From contig NC_058369.1 in NCBI RefSeq assembly GCF_018350175.1, forward strand, positions 2,978,001-3,042,000: 64,000 nt of DNA. Direction: 5' to 3'. Numbering within the stretch: position 1 is the stretch's first letter; every line of letters starts with the position of its first letter. The notes under the pieces were generated by a model. That model did not search any database and was not told where the DNA came from. It worked only from the letters and a program-made list of their open reading frames with translations. Shown here piece after piece: positions 1 to 14,100 of this stretch. This DNA is from Felis catus. Lineage: Eukaryota. A program made the translations under genes and the position numbers.

Positions 1-649
1 GGGAGGGGGAGGGTGGCCTGCCCCTACCCCTCATTTACCTGCTCCCCTGTGGTCAGAGCTGGTGCCACAGGGTCTTTGCACATCCTGTTTTCACTTCCCT
101 GAACCCCGTTGTCTTATCCAAGCCTCCTCCCTCTGGCCTGCTTTGCCTAAATCACTATGTGTCCGCTTGGACGGCCCCTCCTCCAGGAAGTCTCTCTGGT
201 TCCTCCACCCCCTCCCTCTACACAGGGAGGGCCAGGTACATCTTATTCTCCGCTGTGTCCCCACAAGGCAGGGCCCACAGAAGGCAGGGGCCCCCTAAAC
301 GGTAGGGGCAGGAACGAATGAAAGAGGAAGGCAGGAAATCAGTGATTCGAGCCACTCGGGGCAAATGGGGAAACTGAGGCCACGGGTGAGAGGGAGCTGT
401 TACAACCCGAAGATGAAGCCTCTGGCCCTGGTCTCCAGAGGCCTCCCACCCCTGCTCCCCAACCCCGGAGGAGGGCGGCGAGGCCCTGAGAGGCAACGGT
501 GGGGGGGGGGGGCTCACCCAGCTGGCGAGTGGCAGAACCAGAACTCGAACCCAGGATTCTTAACCGGTGGTTCCTTACGTGTGTCGGGGACTCTCTGGTG
601 TGTGGGGGCCGGGCCCGCCCTGGGACCCTTTTGGGAAGTCCTCAGGGTC

Positions 650-897
650 AACATCACGCACGGGCAAAAGATCCATTCGGAGCGCAAAGACGGACAGACG
701 GATTTCGCTGGAACAGAAGACAAGAGAGAACAACTCGCCTCCGGGGTGCCGGAGGCTGGGGAGGGATCGTGACGGCTAGTGGAGACAGGGCTTCTTTGTG
801 GGGGTGATGGAATGTTCTGGAATTAGAGGTGGTGGTTGCAGAACACCGGGGATGCACCATATGCCAGTGAATCATTCACTTAAAAATGGCTAATTTT
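650..897 (+). mobile_element. Old L1M 3' end fragment
   Basis: gggtgatggaatgttctggaattaga...cacttaaaatggctaatttt resembles an L1MB/MC 3'UTR. Confidence 0.7.
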
Positions 898-1564
898 GGG
901 GGCACCTGGGTGGCTCGCTCGCGGAGGCGTCCGACTTCGGCCTCGGGTCTGAGCTCACGGTTCGCGGGTTCAAGCCCCCATCGGGGTCCGCACGGACAGC
1001 GCAGAGCCTGCTTGGGGTTCTCTCTTCCTCCTCTTTCTGCCCCTCCCCCACTTGCAAGTCTCTATCGAGGTAAATAAAGAAAAACGTTTAAAAAAAAATC
1101 TGTGGGAAGCACAGACTGTGTGGAATTCAAACTTCAGGGTCTGTGAGTGAAATCCTTTTTTTTTTTTTTTTAATGTTTATTTTTGAGAGAGAAAGAGAGG
1201 GACAGAGCGTGAGCAGGGGAGGGGCAGAGAGAGAGGGAGACACAGAATCCGAAGCAGGCTCCGGGCTCCGAGCTGTCGGCACAGAGCCCGACACGACGCT
1301 GTTGGTCTGTGTCTCACTTTTCTTTTTTTTTTTTTAATTTTTTTTTTTCAACGTTTATTTATTTTTGGGACAGAGAGACAGAGCATGAACGGGGGAGGGG
1401 CAGAGAGAGAGGGAGACACAGAATTGGAAACAGGCTCCAGGCTCTGAGCCATCAGCCCAGAGCCCGATGCGGGGCTCGAACTCACGGAGTGCAAGATCGT
1501 GACCTGGCTGAAGTCGGACGCTTAACCGACTGCGCCACCCAGGCGCCCCTGTGTCTCACTTTTC
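898..1564. mobile_element. Three CanSINEs: 898-1098 (+), 1155-1295 (-, partial), 1323-1549 (-, young)
   Basis: tRNA-derived head, (CT)n, A-tail; third copy has a 15-bp TSD tgtgtctcacttttc at 1308-1322 and 1550-1564. Confidence 0.92.
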
Positions 1565-2980
1565 AAGCCGCTGTGCGGGGCCTGACGGAGAGGTTTGGGG
1601 ACTGACTTTTCTTTTTCTCTCACAAGGGGGCGCTAAAGGCCTCCGAGGCCGAAGGAGCATCTCGGGGCTGGCGGGGCGGCTCCATAGCCCTCCCCCCCCC
1701 CCCCAGTGATAAACAGCAGCACCCCATGTGCGCGGGAGCCATGGGCTTGGCCGGCCCTGTCCTCCTCCCTGCACCTGCTCACGACCCCGGGCGGGGACAC
1801 AGGGCACGTCGCCTGCCCCCGACCTGCAGGAAAGACGGCACCCCAGGGACCCAGCATGGCGACCCCCCCCCCCAGTCTAAGAGGATTCATGCTCAGGGGC
1901 GCCCGCTTGCTGCCCCAACACGCCTTTCCTTCATCCTTCACTGCCGGCGAGGGACACGGATGGGGCCACCGTCCCTGAGGGAGGGCACGACTGGCAACAT
2001 GGGGAGGTAGTGTGCTGGCCAAGAGCCGGGAGCCCGACGGGGCGGCCTTCGAAGCCCTCTGCCTCCCCTGGCAGACAGCAAGTGGCTCCGCTGTGGCCCC
2101 GCGTGGCCCCCGCGGCACCTGCCCACCGCCTTCCGCGGAGGGGCCCCCACGACAGATCTGCTCGATAGAAGCAGCAGAATTGGATCATCCACACCTCAGG
2201 ACAGCGCCGCCCGAGGTGGTGGCCCCGGCCTGCTCGGCCCTGCGTAAGCACCTGCCCTGGATGTCAGGGGTGTCCCTGGAGCCATCTCCCCCACGGGGGC
2301 CCCCGGAGCCCCTCCCCTGCCTCACCCCGGGTGCCCACCCCTCTTGACCCTCCTCCCCGCCGCCCACTGGCCCGGCCAAGCGGCCTCTCGCCCACCTGCT
2401 GCCGTCGGCCACGCCTGGTCCTGAAGGTGGGAGCGGACGGGCCAGATTCTGCTGGGGGAGCGAGACAGGGCCTCCGTCGAGGGCCAGGCCGCGGACGAAA
2501 TCTCAACCTGGGCACGTCCCCACCCGAGGGGGCCGCGGGCTGGAAATGGCCGGGCACAAGGCGACTCGAGACACCAGCTCCAGCCTCACGTTCCAGGGTT
2601 TCGGAACCGCTTCTCTCTCTGGGGAACACACTTCAACCCACGGGAGCCACCCTGGGTGCAAACCCCCCCCCCCCCGTTACCCCTCTGCCACCCACTGGGC
2701 CCTGGGGTCCCTCCGCTGCCGACCGGGATCCAACCAGAACGTTCTGCTCTCCCCTCCCACCGTGCCCCTGACACCATGTGTGGAGACCCCTCATTCAGCG
2801 GGCGTAACGCTCTGCCCGCGGTCTGGGCTCAGCCCCACGGGCCTTCCGCTTGTCCCGAATCCAAGCCTCCCGTCTTCCCGACCGACCGGTTTTCAAACTG
2901 GGGCCCCCACCACCCCTGCTCGGGATCAGCAATTTGCTAGCACAGCTCACAGGGCAACAGCCGACTTACTAGATGACCCG

Positions 2981-3174
2981 TTTATTTTTTAATGTTTATT
3001 TAGTTTTGAGAGACAGAGCACGAGCGGGGAAGAGGCTGAGGGAGAGGGAGACACAGAATCCGAAGCACTCGGCACAGAGCCCGACGTGGGGCTCGAACCC
3101 ACGAACCGCGAGATCATGACCTGAGCCGAACGCTAAGATCAGACACTTAACCGCCTGAGCCCCCCAGGCGCCCC
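2981..3174 (-). mobile_element. CanSINE
   Basis: Antisense SINEC ending ccaggcgcccc. Confidence 0.9.
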
Positions 3175-5011
3175 GAGACAAACACCAGTTTCAAACCCTT
3201 CCTCCGACGAACTTCACACACCGCAGCCAAGATCTGAGCCAACCGACGGGCGGGAGGAAGGCAACCCGTGGTTCCCATAGTCTGTCCCCCCAAATCAAGA
3301 AACAGGCACGACGACACCCCTACTTTGCACAAGGGAAAACCAGACGGCATCTCCAGTAACGGGGTGTCTCCAGTCTCTGTGGGTCAGGGGTCCCGACGTG
3401 GCCCGCCCGGGTCCGAGGCTCAGCGTCACCCGGGAGGCCGCGATCCAGGTGCCAGCCAGGCCTGGGTTCTACCCGACGGCTCCACTGGGGAGGGGTCCGC
3501 TCCTAGGGCCACTCACGCGGCTGGTGGGCCTTCTTCCTTGCTGGCTGCCCCTTGCCATCTGGGCCTGTGACATGGCAGCTCGCTCGTCAAAGCCAGCAAG
3601 GGACAGTCCACCAGCAAAACAGAAGCCACAGTCTTATGTCGCCTGATGGGGGGACGGACCTCGTCACCTCCGCTGTATTCTGGTGGTCAGAACCCCCTAC
3701 TGGGCCAGCCCACCCTCGAGGAGCGATAGCAGGGGCAGAGATCAGGGCCTGCGGGCTAAGGTCAGAGTCAATAACTACGTTAGCCCCAGGCTCCACGAAG
3801 TGCTTGCACCGGCCGGACACCCTGGCTAGGTGTGGCGTGGCCCCAGAGGGGCTCCCCGTGGACACCCCTCCGCAGGTAGGAGGGGGTGGGGCCGAGTGTT
3901 TGCAAAGCAAGGACACCTGCCGGTTATCCCGAGGAGACGCTGGGAATCTAGGCCCGCAGCCGGGTGGACCCTGGACAAAGCGGATGTCGGTTTGTACCCG
4001 GTCTCCCTACTCCCTCCTCTCCCACGTCAGGACAGACGTCGTCTCAACCCTCCGCAGCCATCGCCCAGCGCCCGCCACAGTGCCCGGAATGGGCGAGACC
4101 TGCTCAGCACTGGCTGGACGGGTGCCGTCCACCGGTCCCTGGGCCCCCGGGGGGTCTGGAGGCCATCTGGTGCCATGTGCCAGATGGGTGCGGCCTGCCG
4201 ACCTTACACACGTGACGCACACCAGGGCGCCCCCCCCCCCACGACCGGCTCTGCGCCACGTGACTCACGGGGTCGTGCCGCTCAGTCATCACCTTGAACC
4301 CCAAAGGGCCAGACCAGGTCCTGGGCCGGACGAGCCGGCCGTAAAGGACAGTCAGGGACGAACGGGGGAGACCCGACTGAGCTCAGCAGTGAGCTGAAAA
4401 TTACTGAAATGCTAAAACCTGAGGTTGTTCACCCAAAAGAGATTAAAAAGGAGAGACGGTAAGTCAGATCTCAATGTTTTCCTTTTAAAGTAAAAACAGA
4501 ACACGAGTGAGGAGCGATGCGCCCCTGGGTGTAGGGCACGAGGTAATGACAGGATAGGGCACCACCGACCCCAGAGCTCCAGCTCCCGGGAAGAAAGTAA
4601 AACCTTTTTGGAACCACGTGCCAGACCCAGAGGCAGCAGCAGGGGGAACAAGGACCCCCCCATCCCTTCCCAGCGGACGGGGTGGACGGGGTGACCTCTG
4701 TGCCGGCGTCCTCACGCTGGGGCACTGGGGCCCGGCAGCATCTGAGGCGGCACAGAGGGACAGAAGGCCCCTCTGACTTCGTTCCAGCTGTCTGGAAGCC
4801 TCCATCGCAAGTGAGACCTGCCAAACCCCAAGATCAGGGCAGCCTCCGAGGCCCCCCAGGTCTGCCCTGTCTTCCCAAAGAGCATGGGGGCAGCAGTGGA
4901 GGGGAAGAGACACGAGAGCCAGGCGCGGCCATGGCACTGGGTGGCCACAAGACTGGCCGCCCCGGCCGGGGCCTGAGCACAGAAAACAGCCACGTGTCGG
5001 GGAAGCGGGGC

Positions 5012-5017
5012 TTTATT
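5012..5017 (-). terminator. DAPK3 polyadenylation signal AATAAA
   Basis: First AATAAA I found on the minus strand after the stop; GU-rich tract (gtggctgttttctgtg) follows ~20-35 nt downstream. Confidence 0.7.
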
Positions 5018-6133
5018 TCCTTTAGGCACATGCACGTGTGATACACAGAGCTCGCGGACGGGTACACGGCGGGACCCACCCCTGCGCTGGGGACGGGCCT
5101 AGGCACACGGGAGGACACCGGCCAGCCCCAGGGCTTGGTTCCTCCCGCCCCCGGGCCAGGCTGGCCTCTGTCCGGAGAACTCCTCTCGGGCTACGGAGGG
5201 GCCACACAGATGTCACTCGCCTAACCCAACCCGCGGCACAAGTACAGAGCACGCGGCCAGAGAGCCTCGTTTTGGTGAATCCGGGACCTTGGGGCACGTT
5301 CCCTGGGGCGCAGGGCCCTGCTCGAGGGCGGCACCTAGTGGCGGGTGCGGGCACTGCCCCTGCAGCCCCTCCTCCACCTTCTCTGGCCCAGCGGGGAGGG
5401 TTCGGCCGCCGCAAGCAGCCTCAGGGCCTCGCCGGGCACTCGGGGGACACTGGGCCTTCGCAGAGCACTCTGGGGGCGACTACCCCACAATTCGGAAGGC
5501 AGCACTGGGACGGGAGGCAGGGGCGTGGCCGGGCCGTGTGGGTCATCGCGTGCGCTTTGTGACAGGCGCGGCAGAGAGGAGTGAGGGGCAGCGATGGCTC
5601 CTGACCCGGCACCTGGGGCCGCCTGGGCCTCAGAGAGGGACAGACACAGTTTCTGCATCAGGGTCCCGCGTCCAGCCTCACGCCCCCTCGCCACCCGCCC
5701 CAAACCGACGCCTCAAGGGCTGGGCCATCTGCTCCTCAGCTCGGGCCCTGGTGCCAGCTCAGCCCAGGGGGCGCAGGGAGGGCTGGGGACCGAGGGGGCC
5801 GGGTCAGAAGCTGCCTCTCGTCTCTAGAAGAGATGGGACCTCGGCGTCCGGCAGAGGCAGGTGAGACCCCCCCCCCCCCACGCCCGCCCCCGGGTTCCGA
5901 GCTCCAGGCCCAGGCCTTGCACGCGGCTGGCCCTGCGCCGCCTGGCCGGCTCTGTCCCGCGGTGCCGAGCGCTCGCGGGGCTCTCGGGGCTCCCCAGGGG
6001 ACGCTGACCCGGAAGCCGCAGGACAGAGGGACTGAGCCGGGGGAGGGCGGCCTCGGGTTCCCGGCCCCGCGCACTTCCCACCGGGGCCCTCGCCGCGGGG
6101 CTGTGGAGGGAGGGGCCGCCCGCCCGCCAGGCC

Positions 6134-6670
6134 CTAGCGGAGGCCGCACCCCCCGGCCTGCAGCTTCTCCTGCCCCATGGCGCACACCAGGTCCTGCACG
6201 AAGCGCATCTCGGAGGCCACCTGCTTGGCCAGGGCCTCGTAGCGGTTCTCCAGGCGGCTGAAGCGGCGCTTGAGCCCGCTGGCCCCCAGCAGGGCGCCCT
6301 TGGCCTCCTCCTGGGCCTGCCGCCGCAGCGCCTCGGTCTTGTGCAGCTCCTGCCGCAGCCGCCGCAGGTCCTGGCCGATGCTCTCGTTCTCCTCCCGGTA
6401 CCAGGCCTCCTTCTCCTCGTAGATGGCCGTCAGCGCCTCGATGTCCTCGTGGAACAGGCGCCGGCTGTGCTCCAGGCCGCGCAGGCCCTCCTCCGCCGCG
6501 GCCACCTCCTCCAGCACCTTGGAGAAGCGCTCGAAGCTGACGTACGTGTTGTTGGGGGGCATGCTCGAGTGCGACTTGATGGTGTACTCCTTGAGGCGCG
6601 CCGTCTTCAGGCGCCGCCGCTCCGGCTTCCGGCCGCCGTCCTCCCGCCGCACGTTCCGCCGCCGGATCGC
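6134..6670 (-). CDS. DAPK3: DAPK3 exon 9 coding part (AIRRRNV...leucine zipper...CGLR*)
   Basis: cag acceptor at 6671-6673; TAG at 6134-6136; 537 nt. Confidence 0.97.
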   Translation of the reverse strand, partial: AIRRRNVRREDGGRKPERRRLKTARLKEYTIKSHSSMPPNNTYVSFERFSKVLEEVAAAEEGLRGLEHSRRLFHEDIEALTAIYEEKEAWYREENESIGQDLRRLRQELHKTEALRRQAQEEAKGALLGASGLKRRFSRLENRYEALAKQVASEMRFVQDLVCAMGQEKLQAGGCGLR

Positions 6671-7071
6671 CTGCGGAGGGAGAGGCGGGGCCTGAGGCGG
6701 GCGGCGCCTAAATAAAGTCTTACCGGCACACGGCCCCGCCCCTTCGCGGGGGGGGGGGGGGGGGGCGGGCCTGGTTCCGGCATTTCCCTGCCAGAGACCC
6801 AGGGGAAGGAGACACGGGCCGCCTGGCCCTTTACAGACGACTGCCGCGCCCGGCCGAGAGGCCACCCCGTTCTGGAAGTTTCTGTGCAGGGAGCCGTGCC
6901 GCGTGCAGAGGGGCTGGGGACCCCACCGGGTATCACACGGAGGGGCTCCCACACCATCCCCGTGCACACCCCGCCCTCTGCCAGCGGGTCCACTCCCCTG
7001 GGGACCCTGCCCGACACTCAGGCCTTGTCACACCTGCCGTCCTGGAGAGGGAGCAGCCCCGCCCATCTCAC

Positions 7072-7117
7072 CTTGATCCAGGAATGCTCCAGGCTCTGGG
7101 CGATGGTCATTCTTCTC
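7072..7117 (-). CDS. DAPK3: DAPK3 exon 8 (RRMTIAQSLEHSWIK)
   Basis: tag/gtgag; 46 nt; contains T265. Confidence 0.96.
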
Positions 7118-7856
7118 CTAGAAAAGCCCCCCCCCCCACCCTGGTTAGTCACACGCCCGCCATGTCCCCGTCCTCCCACGAGGCTGGCGGGGAGAACAGA
7201 ACAGGGAAGGGGTTTTCTGGGCCCTCCCCCCGCAGCTCGGCTCCCTGCCCCCACCTCACACGGCTCACAGACACTGGCCCTCTGGGGACGCCCCTCCAGC
7301 CGGGGGCAAGTCCCTGAAATGACCTTGGAACTACCTGCACCCTCAGAGCATCCGCTCCGATCAGCCAGCAAGGAGCCCATCAAGAGGCCTGCTGTTCTGG
7401 GGTCGTCACGCTTTACGAGCGGTTTTGTTACCGGGGGCGGGACCTAACGCTGGGTCTCGCCAACTCAGGCGCCCACAGGAGGGACAGGCAGGCGGCAAGA
7501 ATGGGCGGCTCGGGCCAGGGAGGACTCTGGCCGAGAGGAGCACCTCTCTGGGAAGGAGGGCTCCGTGATGCCGGAAGCTTTAGTCCTCCCTAGGAGAAGA
7601 CCCCAGGAGTCTGCAATTGCCCACGAAACCTACCTTCAACAGGAGTCACAGCTCTCAACCAGGATTCTCAACAAGGATCCATTCACAGCTCTTAAAGACA
7701 CGGCGGGGACCGAGCTAAGCCGTCCACTGGCCCGCTGCCAGGCCGTGCCCGACTCCCAGTGACGAGGAGGGGACAGCACGAGGATGTGCTCTCATGGACC
7801 AGCGGCCTCCCCTGCCCGCCCCCCCGCCCGTGCCCTCTGCCCGGCCAGCGCTCCTA

Positions 7857-8030
<174 letters not shown>

Positions 8031-8410
8031 TCAGCGGCCCCTGCACTCGCCCCACCGACACGCCGCGGCCTGCGCCACCCCCCGGGCCTCCCGCGCACCC
8101 CGGCCCCTAGCCTCCAACCACACAGCACAGAAACCTCGCGCCCAGCCTCCGACGGGGACTCAAATGAGTGGGCAGAAGTCTCTAAGGAAGCTCGAAGCAC
8201 GTCCCCCAAATGTTCAGCGATCAGAGGCCACACTGACAACCCGTGAGGGAATCCCGGCCGAGTGCGTCCACACACGGTCCGGGCACGGCCCGAGAGACCA
8301 CACAAGGACATCGTGGGCCTTCCTGATGAGCCGCGCTGGGGGGGCCACACCACCGCCCCCCGGGGCTCTGGGCACACGGCACTGTGACGGACAGGGAGGA
8401 GTACTCATCT

Positions 8411-8590
8411 GGGGGCACCCGGGAGGCTCGGTCAGTCAGGCGTCTGACTCTTGATTTCAGCTCAGGTCACGACCTCACCGTCGTGAGACGGAGCCTTGGG
8501 TGGGGGCTCTGCACCGACCGGTGGAACTCGGGATCCTCTCTCCCTGACCCTCAGGTGCTCACGCTCTCTCTCCCTCCCTCCGAGTAAACT
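8411..8590 (+). mobile_element. CanSINE in DAPK3 intron 6
   Basis: gggggcacccgggaggctcggtc...ctcaggtcacgacctcac. Confidence 0.85.
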
Positions 8591-9041
8591 TAACAACGAC
8601 GACGACAAAAAGATGCCAGCGTCATGGGAAGACGGGTGAGGGGCACAGAAACCGCACTGGTTTTGTAGCTGTTTTGAAAGTCTAGCCTTTCTTCAATACT
8701 TAAGAACCTAAAACTATGAAAAAACCCATCGTAAGGCACCGTCAGGGTGGATCGCTGTGCCACCTGACGAGGGAGGAAAACGCAGGGGGAGCCTGCCTGG
8801 CGCAGGGGTGGAGGCGAGGAACAACCCAAACGCGGCACCCAGGGAGTGAGGCCGGGCCGGGCTGCTGGCCAGCAGGGAGGGAGGACACACGCGGTCCCCA
8901 CTCGGCCCTGCGCCAGCGGGTGTGGGGCCTTCTGAACTCACACCTTTCCGTCCTGCACAAATTCATTCACCCACCCAGCCACCCAGCATCCTGCCCCAGC
9001 AGGGCCCCAGGAGAAGCAGGAGGCCCCAAGCAGGCACTCAC

Positions 9042-9068
9042 AGGATGTAGGTGATGACACCAATGCTC
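9042..9068 (-). CDS. DAPK3: DAPK3 exon 6 micro-exon (SIGVITYIL)
   Basis: 27 nt, cag/gtgag, completes DMWSIGVITYILLSG. Confidence 0.95.
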
Positions 9069-9561
9069 CTGGAGAGAACACACGAGAAGGACAGTCAGCT
9101 CAGTGGCGGCGGTCAGCACCCCAATTCCCAGAATCTCTCAACGGCTGGGGATCCAGAAGCCCACGGCCCCCTCTCCTTCAGGGTCTGCAAGGCCTCCACC
9201 GAGGGCCTCCGTCTCTCCCGCCCTGGCGTCTCAGGGCGAGATATGCGCTCATCTGCCCACACCACCTGCCAAGGCTCAAATCGGGGGGGCTGGGGGGGTG
9301 CAGGCGTGGGCTCGAAGGCGGGTTGACAAGCTCCACGAAGAGTGAGACAACCAACGTTTCGGGCTTTGAGGCTCCCGGTCTCTGCTGCCTGTTTCATTTT
9401 TAACAACGCCTTAAACACAAGAAGACCACTCGGGACCCACAGACCCGCTCTGGCCGCCGGGCCATCGTTTGCCGAGCCCCGTTCTAAGTCGACGGTCTGT
9501 CCTGCCCACACCCAGCAGATGGGCCACATCCCCCCCTGTGGCTGTGGCCTGGCAGTGCTCA

Positions 9562-10974
<1,413 letters not shown>

Positions 10975-11309
10975 TTACTTTTAAGTGACACAATTCTATG
11001 CAAACTTAATTTTCCAGCCTATTTCATCATATTTGAAAATCTAAGAGAAAAGAAATAAGCCACTGACTTTGAAGGAGCTTCTTACACAACCGGCCAAGTA
11101 AAAGGAACGCACGCATTTCCAAGCTGACAAAGAGGACAGGGGACCGGAGCGTGCCCACAGAAACAGGCTGGCGGTTCCCCGAGAGGTTAAGCACCGGTTC
11201 CAGGCACCTCGGCAATCCTGCCCCAGGTGTCCCCCCAGGAAGAAGTACAACACGAATCCACAGAGAAGCGTGAACACAAATCCTACGTCAGCAGGATTCA
11301 CGAGAGCCT

Positions 11310-11745
11310 AAAGGGGGACACAACCTGTGTCCATCAGCAGATGAATGGACACATAACGTGTCCACCACACATGCACAAGTCCCTCCGCCACCAGCAGGAG
11401 CGAGGCGCCCACCCCCGCCGCCCCGCGGACAGACCCAGAACACACGACGCTCAGGGAGGGAACCAGACACGAGAGGCCACGCGGGACGTGAGGCCACGCA
11501 GGACGTGAGTCCGCGTGTGTGAAACGTCCAGAACAGGCTCCTCCACGGACGGGAAGGGGGCTCGTGGGGGCCGGGGGCGGGAGTGAGTGCTGATGGGGAC
11601 GGGGCTTCTTTTTACGGTGATGGAATGTTCTGGAATTATTTGGAGAGATGGCTGCAAAACCCTGTGAATACACCGACGATCACTAACTTGCACACTTCAA
11701 AGGGGTGAACTGCACAGTATGTGAATTACATCTCAAGACAGCTGC
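11310..11745 (+). mobile_element. L1M 3' fragment
   Basis: gtccatcagcagatgaatggac...tatgtgaattacatctcaa. Confidence 0.75.
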
Positions 11746-11864
11746 TGCTAAAAGAGAGACAGAAAGCGTATTCGGTGCACTCTGGGGAGCTGTCCAACGT
11801 CCAAATTATTCTGCTATCCAGGAACTTAGTTACATGAACTTACTTTAACTCAAGAGCCGACTGA

Positions 11865-12032
11865 AGAAGGCCAGACAGCGAATATTTTTAGCCTTACGGG
11901 CCATGTGGTTTCTGTCATAATTCTTGTGTGTTTTTACAACCTTTCAAAAAAAACAAAGAACCATTCCAGGCTCCCAGGCAGGCAGGACCACACTAGGCTG
12001 GGCCGGATTTGGCCCAAAGGCCACAGTTTGCT
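11865..12032 (+). mobile_element. MER58-like hAT-Charlie MITE
   Basis: aaggccagacagcgaatattttta...gggccggatttggccc...cagtttgc. Confidence 0.7.
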
Positions 12033-12434
12033 CTGTCGACGTCAGCGGGGACCAATTCCAAGACAGAAAGTACACGTTCCAGACAGAAAACTTCACGGCA
12101 CCTCCAGGGCTTGAGAGAAAACAGGCTACATAAGATCTCGGGGAAATGAGGGAGAGAGGGTAGAGGAAGGAAGGGCAGAGACGGGGGCGGCCAGGCCCTC
12201 TGAAGCTGGCGACAGCAGAGGGAGGGCGGGCCGGCCAGAACGACCCTGGGAACAGACAGAGGTTGGGGCGCCTTTGCCAAGCCAACACGGACCTCAAAAA
12301 GACCGAGGGACCCAACCGGGTCTGTCCGGTAAGCGGACCCACCCACGGTGGCGTCACAGATGTGCTCTACGCACACACAATTGGAAGATGGGTGAAGTTC
12401 AAGGTGGGTCAGTGGGAGATGCAAAATTAATACT

Positions 12435-12840
12435 AACACGGCGGGCTGAACAACAGTCCCTCCAAAGACACCCACGTCCAAATCCCCAGAACCTGTAAAT
12501 ACAGCGGTCTCACGACAAAAGGGACCTTGCAGGAGGGAGCAAGCCAAGGCCCCTGAGACGCTGGGGGTGACCCTAGGTGCCCAGGCGGGGCCCAGTGTCC
12601 TCAAGAGGTCCTCATAGGAAGAAGGCAGAGAGACGGGTGGACCCCACGCTGCTGGCCATTGAGGACGGAGGAGCGGCCGAGAGCCAAGGCTGTGACATCG
12701 CTGGAAGCCGGAAAAGGCCGGAGAGGGGTCTCCCTGGGGCCCCGGGGGGTACCAGGCCCGTTTTAGACTCCTGACTTCCAGCCCTTCTAGGCCACTAAAT
12801 CACAGTGAGTTGTTAAACAGTGCTGACGGGAGACTCAAGC
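12435..12840 (+). mobile_element. MLT1-type MaLR LTR
   Basis: ccctccaaagacacccacgtccaaatccccagaacctgt...aaagggaccttgca. Confidence 0.7.
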
Positions 12841-13179
12841 ACTGATCTGAGAGCCAAGTGCACGGGTCAGCCGAGAAAGGCAAAGCGTTCCTGATCAGGC
12901 CTTGCCCCATGTCCCCTGATCTGCCCCAGCAGTCCCTTGGGACATTATGCTCCTGCCCCCCCCCCACACGTCTCCACTAACACTCCCCCCACCCGAAACG
13001 CCTGCCCCTCTCCTCTGCCTGCACCAGCCCAGCTAATTCCTCCAGGCCCACCTCCCGTCCCATCACAACTCCCCCATGGTAATGACATCAGATGCCAAAC
13101 ACTCACCACGTAGCGCTGTGCTAAGTGCTGGACCTGTGGCCTCATTTTCAAATACAAGGATTGTGTTTCCCTGCTTTAC

Positions 13180-14100
13180 TTTTTTTTAAAGTTCATTTTA
13201 AGAGAGAAAGAGTGTGTGTGAGTGGGGAAGGGGTGGGGAGGAGAGGGGGAGAGACAGACAGACAGACAATCCCAAGCAGGCCCCATGTGGCAGCACAGAG
13301 CATGATGCAGGGCTCGAACCCACGAACCGTGAGATCATGAGCCAAAACCGAGCTGGATGCTTAACTGGCTGTGCCATCCAGGCGCCCTTCCCCTGCTGTA
13401 TCTAAGCAGAGCCAACAAATGGAGACGAGTCAGGCAGAGCTCATGGGAACAGGAAGAGACACTACTAAAGGGTGAACCGTGTCCCCCAAAAGTCCATGCG
13501 TCAGCCCTAACCCCCAGCACGTCAGAATGGGACTATCCAGAGACAGGGCCTTTCTAAAGAGGTGATTAAATTAAAATGAGCTCACAGTGGGGGCGCCCGG
13601 GGGGCTCAGTCGATTGAGCATCCAACTTCGGCTCAGGTCACCATCTCACAGTCCGTGAGTTCGAGCCCAGCGGCGGGCTCTGTGTTGACAGCTCGGAGCC
13701 TGGATGGAGCCTGCTTCGGATTCTGTGTCTCCCTCTCTCTCCGCCCCTCCCCCGCCCGCACTCTGTGTCTCTCTTTCTCTCTCTCTCAGAAATAAACATT
13801 TAAAACAAAAAAAAAAAAATGAGCTCACAGGAGTGGACCTGAATCCAATCTGACCGGTGTCCCTGTAAGAGAGGAGTAGGACACAGATGCGCAGACAGAC
13901 GCACAGCCCTGTGAGGCCACGGGGAGAAGGTGGTCGTCTGCACGCCCAGGAGAGAGAGCTCAGGAGGAACCAGCCCTGCCGACGCCTTGATCTTCCGACT
14001 CCCCGCCTCCAGCGCTGGGAAAGCACGACTGCCTGCTGCCCCCAGTCACACTACCGGGCCGCGCGAGCCGATACGGGCACAAACGCCACTCTACGAGGCG
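13180..14100. mobile_element. CanSINE (-, 13180-13388) and MLT1 LTR (+, ~13460-14100) split by a CanSINE (+, 13589-13815)
   Basis: TSD aaaatgagctcacag at 13573-13587 and 13816-13830. Confidence 0.85.

Noticed and set aside
1..4900. NMRK2 exons expected from synteny on this side
   Set aside because: No recognisable NMRK2 peptide found; the gene probably lies outside the window.
6671..6967. 99-codon open frame running upstream from DAPK3 exon 9, and a strong donor-like CCG|gtaaga at 6723
   Set aside because: No ATG start, low-complexity product and a clear acceptor at 6671. The donor is only 53 nt from that acceptor, too short for an intron.
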